From Euglena gracilis (taxonomy: Eukaryota): a DNA stretch of 64,000 nucleotides. The position numbers and the translations under genes are program-made. How positions within the stretch are numbered: the first letter of the stretch is position 1; every line of letters begins with the position of its first letter. Under the pieces are notes generated by a model. That model had not been told where the DNA came from and made no database searches. It saw nothing but the letters and a program-made list of their open reading frames with translations. The stretch covers positions 28,985,837 through 29,049,836 of the forward strand of contig CP154954.1 of the NCBI GenBank assembly GCA_039621445.1, read 5' to 3'. Below are positions 12,161-22,926 of the stretch, one piece after another.

Positions 12161-12733
12161 CGGTCTGACCCCGTCATCCTTTTGCCGAAGGGGTGTGAGG
12201 TTGGCACCGCACCAGAACGGGGAGTCTGCTGAGGGGAGGTCCCCATTGACCCAGGTGTTGGTGAGCTTGGCGAGGGCTGAGATCAGGTGTGCCCCTCTAC
12301 CCGGGCGCTTGATTGCGTCTTGCAGGTGAATGGGACGAAGCCCAGAGGGTCCTGGGGCTGACGTTAGCGGGAATCTCAGGATGGCCTCGTGTAAGATGGG
12401 TTCCCATGTAATTGACTGTCCATCTTGGAACGGTGTGATTTTGGCGGGGAGGTTGTTCGGGTCTACCGGCTTTCCGTTCGGATGGAGGGCTTCCAGTTTG
12501 TTCCAAACCTGTGGATCCTGTTGCTGGTGACAGCCTTCCGATAGCAGCAGCTGAAGTGCTTTGGCTGGGGCACCTTCCCCTGTGAGGGTTCTGCCTCTCC
12601 GGAGGGTTCTGTCTGGGAGGGTTGAGGGCTCTGTTCTGGCCTTTTTCTCCGCTCTGGTTTCAATTACCCCTGCAGCGTTCGGATTTGCTAGCTTCTGTGC
12701 TGACCGGAGTTCAGTTAGCAGCGTTCCGTAATC

Positions 12734-14225
12734 TCATGAACGGAACAGGTTGTTTCGCCTCCCCAGTGCTGAAGCAAGTTCGTCTGAGGCGTGCGCTCCT
12801 CTTGCTGCTACTGTGCGTAGGACTAGTTTGGGGTAAGCCAAGACTGCAAAGAGGCCGTCATCAGTTGGGTTGCTGGTGTATGCTTCCAGGATTGCTCCCA
12901 ACGTTTCTGATATGGCGGGTTGGAGAGTAGCGGGGACGTGCAGTATGGTATTAACGCGGAGTTGCAGGATGTCCTCGATAGGACAGGGGCTGGGACTGAT
13001 GATTATCCCAGGTCTCGTGTTGTTTCTGAGGTTGCTTTCGTTGCCTGCTGTGTCTGCAATGGTTGCTGCGTCTCTGCCTTCCCAGGGGTGGGCTAGGTCG
13101 CGTAGGGTGTCAGCGTTGTGGTCTTGGTTGTCTGGTGTTCTGCGGGCGGGGGCCGAACTCGTGCGTTCCTTGCGTTTGCTTGATTTGGGGTGTGCTGTGG
13201 TGGGATTTGTGGGTCCTGGGTTTTCCTCAATGTCTCCACAGGTGAGCAGAGATCCCCTGCCTTTGCCCTTCAGGGTTTGTTGCTTTGGGGGTGTCTGGAG
13301 CGAGGCACGTCTCTTGATTTGAAGCGTCCGGGGTCTGTGAGGTGGAGGGGTGGTGGGCTGTAGCTGTAGCAGGGATGTGCATGCGGTCACCCAGTGATCA
13401 AGGCCACATTGGGGGCAGGGGACGGGGGGTGGGAATCGTGTGTCCCATAGTGAGTCTTCGAGACAGCCGAAAGTCCGGCCGGCAAAGAAGAGAAAGGACC
13501 AGGGTCCGTTGTACGTGGCCGGGCGGGACCAGGTCTCCCTGGGGGGTAGTTCGTCTTCAAAGACAAAGGGTGTTGTGTCAGGAGGTGTTTTGGCGGTTGG
13601 GCCTGCACATGGGGGCTTCCTATGGTAGGGGTGGTAGGAGTTGAAAGGGTTCGGTCGTCGAGGGGGAGGGGTATGATTGATATAGAGTGCCCAGGAGCGC
13701 CAGGTTGGGTGGGGGAATAGAGTAGCTCCCCTTGCCCGAAAGAGGGGTTGCTTTTGGAGGAGGAAGGACTTGACGCTTAGCTTTTTAAGCTGGCCGAAGT
13801 TCGGGTGGTTTTCTGGTGCTACAAGGATGATGTGTGCCCCTTCAGTGAGGATTTTTTTCTGGACTTCGGGGAGGAGGCCGAAAGGGGGGTTGGCCCAGAG
13901 TGGGGCGTGCTGTCTCCAGGAGTGGCTAAAGGCGTTGTCCTCGGATGACCAGAACATTGGGAACTGTGAGTTGTGTGGTGAGGCAAAGGCATCGATGGTC
14001 GGTGGTGTTGCCAGTTGAAGCTCTGCCATGATTCGTCTGAGCCAGGTTGGGTCCAGCATCCAGTCGGAGATTGGGCCGGGGTTGGGTTCAATGTCCCCAT
14101 CCGATAGGAGATCCTCTCCTCTCCCTGCAGGGCACTGATTTCCGTGTTCGATGAGTGGTTGCGGGTAAGGTGTGATGAACACCTGGCGACAGTTGATACA
14201 GCAAGTGTGCCACCAATCGCCGTTT
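12734..14225 (-). CDS. 2A - N6-adenine DNA methyltransferase-like domain - 2A - RT-proximal region (mid part of the non-LTR polyprotein)
   Basis: LLSDGDIEPNPGP, then DWMLDP..IDAFASPHNSQF..F..DNAFSHSW..LWANPPF..IILVAP, then LLTCGDIEENPGP. Confidence 0.85.
13211..13234 (-). other. 2A/StopGo ribosomal-skipping motif DIEENPGP
   Basis: Exact D(V/I)ExNPGP consensus, preceded by GRGSLLTCG, which resembles Thosea asigna virus T2A (GRGSLLTCGDVEENPGP). Confidence 0.9.
14072..14095 (-). other. 2A/StopGo motif DIEPNPGP
   Basis: Exact consensus, preceded by GRGEDLLSDG. Confidence 0.85.
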
Positions 14226-14229
14226 GATC

Positions 14230-15325
14230 TGTTTCACACCCGTGCTGCCATGTCCCCCGGCAGCACTGGGGTGAAGCGGAAACCCCCGCCCCGGGCCAGT
14301 TTCCGGCGTAGGATCGTGTTTTGGCTCCTCGAGCCGACTTGTGTCGGAAATGTTTTCCCATTCTGCATCCCCCTGTGGCCGAAACTGGGCCATCATTTCC
14401 AAGGAGAAACTTCCCAGTGGACCCTTCCCGACCCCTGAGGGGGGTGTCACTGGGATCTCCAAGGGGGGTGTCTTTGGGGTTTCAACCCCTCCCTGCTCAG
14501 TTGAACCAGTGAGAGCCAACACCCCCCCCTGGGTGTCATTTCTCACAGTTTCTGGGCCAAAAAGGGGGTTTTGGGGTGAAATTTGGCCAGTGGTTGCCTG
14601 AGTTGAAGAGTCCCACCCCCCTGCCCCTTTTGCCACAGATGAGGTGGGGGGGGGAAGACAAACCTCACCTTCTTCAAATGATTGATTGTTTTGTTGATCT
14701 TCCATTTGCAATTGAAATTCCAAATTCAATACTTGATTGTAATTGGATGCAATTGCCACAACAAGTACAATGGTGCAACAGGTAAAGAGGAAAACCCTGT
14801 GAAAAGAAAATGATTTTGATGCCCTTGATGGGCAGTTAAATTTAGGATTGAGTGCGCTGATTCCTAAGCGCTCTCAAATCCCAAATCTTAGCCCATTGCG
14901 TCAAAATCAACCAACCCAGGTCGAAATCAAGGTTTCCCCCCTTGATTTTGATAAATTATGCTGAATTCCATCATTATTGAGCTTTGCAAACCCCTGCAAA
15001 AACTCCAGGAACTCAGGCGCCAATCTCTTAAAATTCTGTTCCAAGCGTTTGCAAGCGCTCTCACCAAATCCAACATTTTCCCTTAAAACCAAAGGAAAAA
15101 TGCATAAAAAGCTTAAAATGTGCTAAATAAACCCAAAATCACCATTTGGGAATACCTAGCATCACTCAATCTCTCTCCTTGCACAACCAAACCATGGGCG
15201 CCCTAGGAGAGGGAATTTTAATGGAAATCTTTAGAAAGCCTTAAAATTAGAGCTAAACCGCCCTTAAAAGGCCTTCTAAAAGGGAAAAACTCCGCCGCCC
15301 GGCGGTCGACCTCAAACGGTCGTCA
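14230..15325 (-). repeat. 3' LTR
   Basis: Near-identical direct repeat of 26649-27744. Confidence 0.95.
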
Positions 15326-15336
15326 CTCCCCCCCTT
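15326..15336 (-). other. Polypurine tract
   Basis: AAGGGGGGGAG on the minus strand, immediately before the 3' LTR TG. Confidence 0.8.
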
Positions 15337-16296
15337 GCGACGAAAGTCGGGGGTTTCACCCCCCCTTCTCGCTTCCTTGGGATGGGAATGAAAGACACTT
15401 TGATTTTTTGTAACGCGCGATAACATTGTTCGGCAATGTGAATAAGTGGTGGCGTAGCGGTGAGGAGGAATCTATAACTCATAGATCCCATTCCACCACA
15501 CCGAGCCCCCCCCCCCCACGGTTCTCACCACCGCGGAAGGAAATGAGGGGCCGACACCACTCAAACAAAAATTCTTTTTGAATGGATAAGAGTCACCCCC
15601 CCCCACGGTATTCCCAACCGTGAAGGGAATGGAGAAGATTGCCCCCCCCCCCCCCCCCCCGGCGAGAGGTGGGCTTGACTTGCCCCCTCCCCCCCGAGGG
15701 GAAAGCCTTGGGTAACCGCCCCCCCCCCAAGCAAAGGGAGGGCTTCCCCCCCCCCCCCCCCCCCGGGGGGAAAGCCTTGGGCAACCCCCCCCCCCCCCCC
15801 GGGCAAAAGGGGGGCTTGCCTTGCCCCCCCCCCCCCCCCGGCGGGGAGGTTGAAGAAGACCACTCACTTCTTTTTTTTTGGAAGTAATAACACGCCCCCC
15901 CCCCGATCAAGCCGACCGGGGTTTCGGGCCTCACTTGCCCAAAGGTGGGGGTACGATAAAATAGCCAATCAAACCGATTGGAGAAAGGGACCCCCCACCA
16001 CGAGTGCCACCGACCCGTGAGAGGGGAGAAATGAAAAATCACAGATTCCTCTTTCATGACTGTGGGCGCAACGGGGCACAGTGTCGTTCGAGTGTGGTCA
16101 GGTTACACTTTCGGCCTGTCCACCGCTCGTGGAAGCTTGATATTCCAGACTTCGAATAATAATTGAGAATCCGTCTTCAACTCGTCCAACTCAGAGTCCC
16201 GGCTCTAGGTTCCGTCCTGAGTAAGTACGAGGAGGCAGGAGGCAGGCAGTTGTATATACATCCCATTCCCCATAAATCCAATGCCATGCAAAGATA

Positions 16297-17639
16297 TTAA
16301 TACCACCAGGGGTAGGGCTGCGGTGGGGGGTATGGGTACGGTTGGGGGGGGTACGGTGGTTGATGTGTGTGGCAGCAATGATTGCAGCTTGGGGGGTTTT
16401 GTTTCCACTGCCACTCCTCCGTGCCCTTGCCGATCCCCTTGTAAGGTATGGGCTTGGGAGCCCAGGGACGGCGGGGGGCCGGAGGGGCTGTGGACTTGGA
16501 GGCGGGCTGAGCTGGGGGCTTGGGTTCGGGGTTGCTTTTGGGCTTCTTTGCTGATGTCGGTGCATCTTCCGCCCTTCGTTTGGGAGGTGGGTGTGTGCGG
16601 TGGTACTGCCGCACAATTTCCTTCCCCATTTCCACCTGGATTCCCCGATTGGCCTTGCCCTTGACTGGGCGTATGGGGCAATCCATCTTACGGTGGCCCA
16701 GCTCGCCACAAAACCAGCAGGTGGCAGGGGGGAAATCCTCCCCCAACCGTCCTTTATTTACAAAAGGGTTCTTCTCGGCTGTACCGATGAGCAGACCGTG
16801 GCCCTTCCCTACCCTTCTCTCACTCCAAACCAGGAGTGAGATTAACAGATGTGCCCATTGAGGAAATCGGCCTCCTCCGACCACAGGAGGAGGTACCGTT
16901 CGCCTCGGAGTTCCTTCCATAATGCAACATGGACCCACACCATGTCCGCATTTGGGAAATGAACAAGCACATGGGACCTTTGTGCTTGCTCGAGGTAAAA
17001 TCCTCGGACCCACCTCCAGTGGTTTTGCCACCGAGAACTTTCCCCCATCACTTCAATCTAATCGGGTACACGGGATGGGAACCAAACCGGCACCCATCCA
17101 TTTATGGCCACATAAGCAAAACCATCCACATCGACAATTCGCTTGACGATGCGGGATTTGCCTTTTGATGTTGGCAAATTCATCTCGCCCCCATCCGGGG
17201 TTGGATGAAATGGTAATTGTCCTTCTCCACCCATCAAAACAATAAAATACGGATCCCCGGCTAGTTTCTCCCAAGCCGTTCGGATGTCCGGATATAAACT
17301 TTCGATAACCACCTGAACTTCCGTTCTCGGGGGTTCAGGGGCATATCGAAAAATAGCGTCCCAAGCATCCGAAAATCCTTCGGTTGCTTGAACCCCATCC
17401 AAACCCGGACAGGGTTGATGGATGAGTTCTGGAAATAAAAACTCAAAAAATGACGAAGAAGCACTGCCCCCATCATTTTTCTGAAGTGCCTTTTCCAGTT
17501 CGGGGGTGACCTCCTCCTCCTCCGAGGGGGCCGCCTCCTCCTCTGTGGGGTTTTCTGTTGGCACGTCCACCTGCATCTGTGAAGGGGCATGGAGTGGGAC
17601 CTCCCCCTCCCCAGGCAACCACTCCAGGCCCTTTTTCAC
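16297..17639 (-). CDS. Additional sense ORF(s) downstream of pol; acidic region followed by a CCHC zinc knuckle (possibly frameshifted)
   Basis: ORFs 17058-17639 (E-rich) and 16297-17031 (CWFCGELGHRKMDC, KGKG- and P/Y-rich tail). Confidence 0.5.
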
Positions 17640-17656
17640 CTCCCTTTCCCCCTTTT

Positions 17657-20600
17657 TCAGGTTGCCGTTGCCTTTAAATCCTTAGAGACATCTAACGGCA
17701 ACCCTTTTCCCAGGCAATACGCTATTACGTCGCTATTGTACTCCTGGAAAAAATGTTCCACCGGTTCCCAATTCGCCTCCTCAAACCCTTGCCACTTCGT
17801 TAAGAAAAACATTTTTCCCTTAACGAACTTGTGGTTTAGGATTTTATCCACAAACCAGGTATCTGGGGCACCTTCCGCCTCAGGTACCGTCCGCCGGTGG
17901 AAAAATATGGGGATAGGCTTATCAGATGTGGGATCCTCCACATACAGCTTCAAAGCCTTCCGATGGGCCTTCATAATATAGCCTGGTTTAACATCAATTA
18001 GGTAGGAGTGAATTGCCTCCCTCGCAGTAACCTTGCAAGGGCCCAACCAACGGGAATCCAATTTTGTGCCACTATCGGGGGGTCTCAGGTACCACACCAG
18101 ATTCCCCACCTCCAATGGCTCCCAACCGTCTAAACCACGGTTGGCCCGAGCACATTGCTTGGCATGCAAATTATTCATTTTGCCAGCCACTACCAAATCA
18201 ATTTCTCTTTGCCGAGAGAAAAATGATCTGGCATCTTCACAATCCCTTAACGGTTCATAAGGTAAACCACCCAATGAACGGTGTCGACCGAACAAGATTT
18301 GAAATGGGCTTAGGCCACTCTCCCCCGGCGTATCATGGATACGGTCTAGTGCTTGGGGGAGGGCTTCAACCCAATTCAACTTGTCCTCAACCTGAATTTT
18401 CTTAAGCCGTTCCATTATTTGTTGGCCAGCCCTCTCCGCCCTACCATTCGCCTGGTGATGGTAGGCCTGGGAGTAGGCTTGCCTAATTCCCATCAAGGCA
18501 CACATTGTCTGCCACCAACCGGCGACAAAATGTGAGCCTAGATCGGAAGTAATAATGGAAGGGACGCCAAAAGGTCTCCAAGCATGCAACAGCATTTGCT
18601 TGGCTGCCTTGGCTCCCGTAAATCCTTTTGCTAGGTGGGGGATCGCCACTATCCAACCGGAGTGACGATCCACACACACAAGCATGGAGTCGTAAGAATT
18701 CCCTTCCCACTCCACGAGAGGCATGCTAAACATGTCAAGGGCCACCGAATACATTACGGCTGGGGGTATGGGTGTAGATTCCACTAAACCCTTAAGACTC
18801 GCCGGCCTTCGGCACGCTTGGCAAGTCCCACAAAGGCCCATGACTCCTTTAGCAAAATCTCGAGCGAGTGAGGAATCAGCCCAATCATACCTAAGGGACA
18901 TGCATTCCCATAGCCTTGGGAATCCCACATGCCCTTGGTATGAGTGGTGATCCCGAATGAGTTTTTCTTGGAGAGATTTGGGCACACAAAGCCTCTCCTC
19001 GAAAAACATTTTGTCACCAAAAACCTTGACAATTTCAGGCCACGGCACCTTTGAATCCTGGGTAGCCTGAAAAATTGGTGACCAACGGGGACATTTTAAA
19101 TATTCCTCCTTCCACGATAAATCCCACACAGAACCAGGGGGGATGGGTGAGGAATCGGTTGTAGAAGTGGCTTCCCCCCCCTCACCACTCAAACCACCTG
19201 AAGACAACACAGGTGATTCTCGGTCTGCCCCAGGTACCTCAGTGGTAGCCGCGGCAGCAGGTTCAGGGGTTGGCATTGTTGGCGAAGCTGGTATAGAAGT
19301 GGGTGTCAATGGAAAATGCTCCCCCCTTGGCTCTTGGACCTCCTCCACAAGACTTGTCTCATTCCCAAACTCGTCAACCCGAGTTGAGAATGAAACATGT
19401 TTTCCTTTTTCTCCCTTGGGGGTGGAGGTTGAACCCAAACCCTGGGGTTTTGTTCCTCCAAGTGGTTCTGACTTCCTATCCCCCGGTCGTGTGCACCGTC
19501 CACCCGCGTCCCCGGACCCCGTGGTAGCACCACCCCGTGTGGTGACTCCACGAATGTATGTGTTGGCTGTGGTTGGTTGGTCCACCAACCGTAGCCACAT
19601 ACATTCGGCTTCCTCCATTTTTTCTGTTTGAATGATTTCCCTCATTTCCTCGGTGTCAAGGGCTGACCCATGCCTTGAAATGTCCTTCAAGGCTTGGGAG
19701 GCCGGGTAAGCCCATCTTGACAATAAATCGGCTATGGTATTCTCCCGCCCCGGGATATACCCAACCGATAGGTCAAATTTTGATAAGATTTGATGCCACC
19801 TAGCCCTTCTCCCAATGGGACCACTTGGTGTGTCTAGAACCTCTCTAGCCCAAGATTCTAGAGCCTTGTGGTCCGTGAGAACCAGGACGGGCTGCAGCCC
19901 AATCCATGATTCCCACTTTTGTAAGGCTAGGATTATGGCATAAGTCTCCTGTTCCCTAGGTACCCAGTTTCTTTGGCTGCCCGTTAGCTTCCTACTCATG
20001 AAGGCGACAGGCACAGTACGCTTGGCCCGTACGTCTTCAGGAGTAGGAGCCCTATCCTCCCCAACCAATTGTTCAAGGGTGGCACCAACCGCATACTGGC
20101 TGGCATCCACTCTTAAAACAAATGGTTTGTCTGGCTTAACGTGTTGTAAAATTAATTCACTGCACAACAGTGATTTAATTTTTTCAAATGCCTCAATGTC
20201 GGATGGTTCCCAAGAAATCCTTTTCTTGGAACCCTTCTTGCCGTCCACTCGAGAAACTTTGAGCTTATCTTGAAGGCAAGCGACAATGTGGGCGTAATCC
20301 TTCACATAGGAGCTGTAATAATTTGTGAACCCCAAAAAAGCACGTAGACCCGTGATTGTTTGGGGTAGCTCCCATTTTTCAATGGCCATCAGCTTTCCAG
20401 GGGATGGTTTTCTCACCCCACCACCCAGAACATGGCCACAAAACTCAACTTCTTTTACGAAAAGACGGCATTTTCTTTTGTCGGCTACAAATCTGTCTTT
20501 TCGTAAAACTTCAAGGACTCTTCGCAAATCCTTGTCATGTGCTGCGAGTAAATCCTCACCAGGACCCACTCGAGTTCCAACCAAAATGTCGTCGATGTAA

Positions 20601-21967
20601 GGATCAGCCACGTCCCCCACCGGGAAGAGGCGATCCTCCATCATTTGCTGAAACTGCTGGCTTGCGTTTGTTAGACCCATCACATTAACCCTCCACTGAA
20701 AAAGACCGAGGGGGGTACTGCAACATGTGATGGGCCGGCTTTCCGGGGCCAACGGCTGTTGGTGGAAAGCCTGCCGTAAATCCAAGATGGAAAACATCAC
20801 GTTTCCACCTTGTTTTACAAGGAGGTCTTCACTTACGGGAAGGGGGTAGGACACACACCTAGTTTGAATGTTAGGCCCCCGCATGTCTACCACTCCCCTC
20901 CATTCGCCTCCTTTTTTCGGCACAACAAATGTTACGGACAGCCATTCCGAAACTGTTCCCTTGGGCAATCGCTCAACAAATTTCAGGTCCCACCATTCCT
21001 GGGTGACCTTTTTGTGAGCTTCAAATCTTTCACCGTGTAACACAAAGGGTTTTTGCCTTGTGGGTACAGCCCCCTCCTTCAGAGGAATCTGGGCGTAACC
21101 ATAAGGTCCCCGAACAGGAGGGTCGGGGGGTACCTCCGTACCCAACACCTCCCCTTCAAAATCCTGAAAAATTCTGTTCCGAAATGCCACTACCCTTGGG
21201 TCCTCCTTCTCACCCAAGTCGCGAGCCTGGATTATGGCATTCACTGCCTTGTCCTCGGCTGGCGATTCGGTGAGATGCCTGGCTATGGTATGCAATTCCT
21301 TCTTGCCAAGGAATCTTGGTTGCATATCAAAGCCCTGCAAGGGCAGATGCAAATTCATTTTTTGCAAATCCAACCACACCTTTTCATTTTCAAGGGACTC
21401 CGTGGTTGGTGCGTTTTCAGGGGATTCTCCGAAGTCAGAAATCACAACCCCAATTCTTTTTTGTGAATTGTGTTTTTTCTTCCCCTTATGGGATTTCCTT
21501 TTCTGATTTCTTGTTTCCCACACGTACGAGAAAGTCAGATTAGGATTGTCAAAAACCAGGGCCTTATGGTGTGGAAACACACCCAAACCATGTTCGGCTA
21601 ACCATGGAAATGATAATATAGCATCTACCTCAATATCCGCGAGGTAGAATTCCCCTTCGAGGTACAAGGCCTGGGTGCCCCCCTGCCCCGTACCCCTGCG
21701 TTGAAAACCCAACTCCAACTTAATACACTGGTCACCCCCCAAAACACATTGGCCGTTGGCAGCCACCAGCCGAATTGGCATTCGCGGTGACCTGGCCAAA
21801 TGTTTTGGGACGATGGACCTTTTGACCAGGTTCACCTGGGCTCCCGTGTCCACCAAAACTTTGAGCTGCTTGGTATCTCCGTTAGGGAGATACGTCTGTG
21901 ATGACATCAAAAGCTGCAGCTCGTTTTCAATGGGCAACACCTGATTGACCTTCAAGGTGTTGGCCAA
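17657..21967 (-). CDS. pol: Gypsy pol polyprotein: aspartic protease, RT, RNase H, integrase, chromodomain
   Basis: 1436-aa open frame: LVDTGAQ, LDLRQAFHQ, YIDDIL, VDASQYAVGA, TDHKALE, H..GHVG..CGTCQ, ALDMF/TSDLG/AERAG, and C-terminal WFVDKILNHK..FLTKWQGF..WEP. Confidence 0.97.
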   Translation of the reverse strand: MANTLKVNQVLPIENELQLLMSSQTYLPNGDTKQLKVLVDTGAQVNLVKRSIVPKHLARSPRMPIRLVAANGQCVLGGDQCIKLELGFQRRGTGQGGTQALYLEGEFYLADIEVDAILSFPWLAEHGLGVFPHHKALVFDNPNLTFSYVWETRNQKRKSHKGKKKHNSQKRIGVVISDFGESPENAPTTESLENEKVWLDLQKMNLHLPLQGFDMQPRFLGKKELHTIARHLTESPAEDKAVNAIIQARDLGEKEDPRVVAFRNRIFQDFEGEVLGTEVPPDPPVRGPYGYAQIPLKEGAVPTRQKPFVLHGERFEAHKKVTQEWWDLKFVERLPKGTVSEWLSVTFVVPKKGGEWRGVVDMRGPNIQTRCVSYPLPVSEDLLVKQGGNVMFSILDLRQAFHQQPLAPESRPITCCSTPLGLFQWRVNVMGLTNASQQFQQMMEDRLFPVGDVADPYIDDILVGTRVGPGEDLLAAHDKDLRRVLEVLRKDRFVADKRKCRLFVKEVEFCGHVLGGGVRKPSPGKLMAIEKWELPQTITGLRAFLGFTNYYSSYVKDYAHIVACLQDKLKVSRVDGKKGSKKRISWEPSDIEAFEKIKSLLCSELILQHVKPDKPFVLRVDASQYAVGATLEQLVGEDRAPTPEDVRAKRTVPVAFMSRKLTGSQRNWVPREQETYAIILALQKWESWIGLQPVLVLTDHKALESWAREVLDTPSGPIGRRARWHQILSKFDLSVGYIPGRENTIADLLSRWAYPASQALKDISRHGSALDTEEMREIIQTEKMEEAECMWLRLVDQPTTANTYIRGVTTRGGATTGSGDAGGRCTRPGDRKSEPLGGTKPQGLGSTSTPKGEKGKHVSFSTRVDEFGNETSLVEEVQEPRGEHFPLTPTSIPASPTMPTPEPAAAATTEVPGADRESPVLSSGGLSGEGGEATSTTDSSPIPPGSVWDLSWKEEYLKCPRWSPIFQATQDSKVPWPEIVKVFGDKMFFEERLCVPKSLQEKLIRDHHSYQGHVGFPRLWECMSLRYDWADSSLARDFAKGVMGLCGTCQACRRPASLKGLVESTPIPPAVMYSVALDMFSMPLVEWEGNSYDSMLVCVDRHSGWIVAIPHLAKGFTGAKAAKQMLLHAWRPFGVPSIITSDLGSHFVAGWWQTMCALMGIRQAYSQAYHHQANGRAERAGQQIMERLKKIQVEDKLNWVEALPQALDRIHDTPGESGLSPFQILFGRHRSLGGLPYEPLRDCEDARSFFSRQREIDLVVAGKMNNLHAKQCARANRGLDGWEPLEVGNLVWYLRPPDSGTKLDSRWLGPCKVTAREAIHSYLIDVKPGYIMKAHRKALKLYVEDPTSDKPIPIFFHRRTVPEAEGAPDTWFVDKILNHKFVKGKMFFLTKWQGFEEANWEPVEHFFQEYNSDVIAYCLGKGLPLDVSKDLKATAT

Positions 21968-22039
21968 ATGACACCAACGGTCTGGAATTTCCCATTCCTA
22001 AAAATCCTGGGAACTTTGGGAAATTTCTTTGGGCTGGTC

Positions 22040-22700
22040 CCCCTGAAAATCCCCAGCACTTAGGAGATAATCAATCACCAGGGGGGGTATTCTTCCTTTT
22101 TGTCGGGGGGTAAACTTCATTTTTCTCCCCCCCAACAATTCACGGTGCCGGAGTTGCCCATTGTCCCCCATCACCAGGTTAGGACACGATCCGCCATCTC
22201 ACAACACCGACCGTAGTTGTGAAATGGCTGGGCAGCACCAGAAACGTGTGGGCTTTTTATAACCCCAATCCGAAAACTGACAATAATCAGTGTCGATATA
22301 GGGCAGGTTTTTCACCACCTCCCTATTTCGCAAAAGACCAGTGCGGGGGTTCTCCAACCACCACAACTTGGGCTGAAAATAATTTATAATTTCCAGGTTT
22401 TCTCCACCAGGGCATCCGCCTGGGAGAAATCCCTTGGCCTGGGGTTATAAGCCGTGGAATAAATATTACAGGGGGGACTAGCGGCAATAACCTCAAAAAA
22501 TCCAACCGGGTATCGCCTGTAGTCCCAGGTCAAAATGTGTGTGTGGGGGTGGAAGTCCGTCCAAGGAGCATTTTCAATTGACAAAACTTCATACCCCCGT
22601 TCTACCAACCGCCTCCCAACCGAACCTGTGCCAGCGAATAAATCTAATGCCTGAGGTCGCTGAGCTGGTGGCAGGGGGTTGGGTTGTGGCAGATTTGAAT
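22040..22700 (-). pseudogene. Cytosine-5 DNA methyltransferase domain (frameshifted)
   Basis: LDLFAGTGS (motif I) and ASPPC (IV). After a 1-nt shift near 22395: WWLENP (VI), DYCQFSDWGYKKPTRFW (VIII-like). Then RIPPLVIDYLL (X-like) in the pol frame. Confidence 0.88.
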
Positions 22701-22926
22701 GCAAAACGGGAACCCTTGAACATTTTCCTTCCCTCCAGGAGTAACGAGTCCGATTCAAAAATCTGGGGGGCTGATCCATAGAATGTTTTCCCCCACACCC
22801 TGAATCAGCCATAAAATCCTGTACAGCCCAGTTTTTTGAATCAGAAGTATTTACACCGTTTTCCTCACAGGGGGGAGAGACACGGCCATGGGCAGCCACC
22901 CCCTTCTCAAACTGCCCCTGGCCCCC

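Noticed and set aside
14088-14759. 223-aa ORF in the LTR (and its twin near 26778-27178)
   Set aside because: Crosses the LTR/host junction and is frameshifted in the other LTR. No domain recognised, though an LTR-initiated gag extension cannot be excluded.
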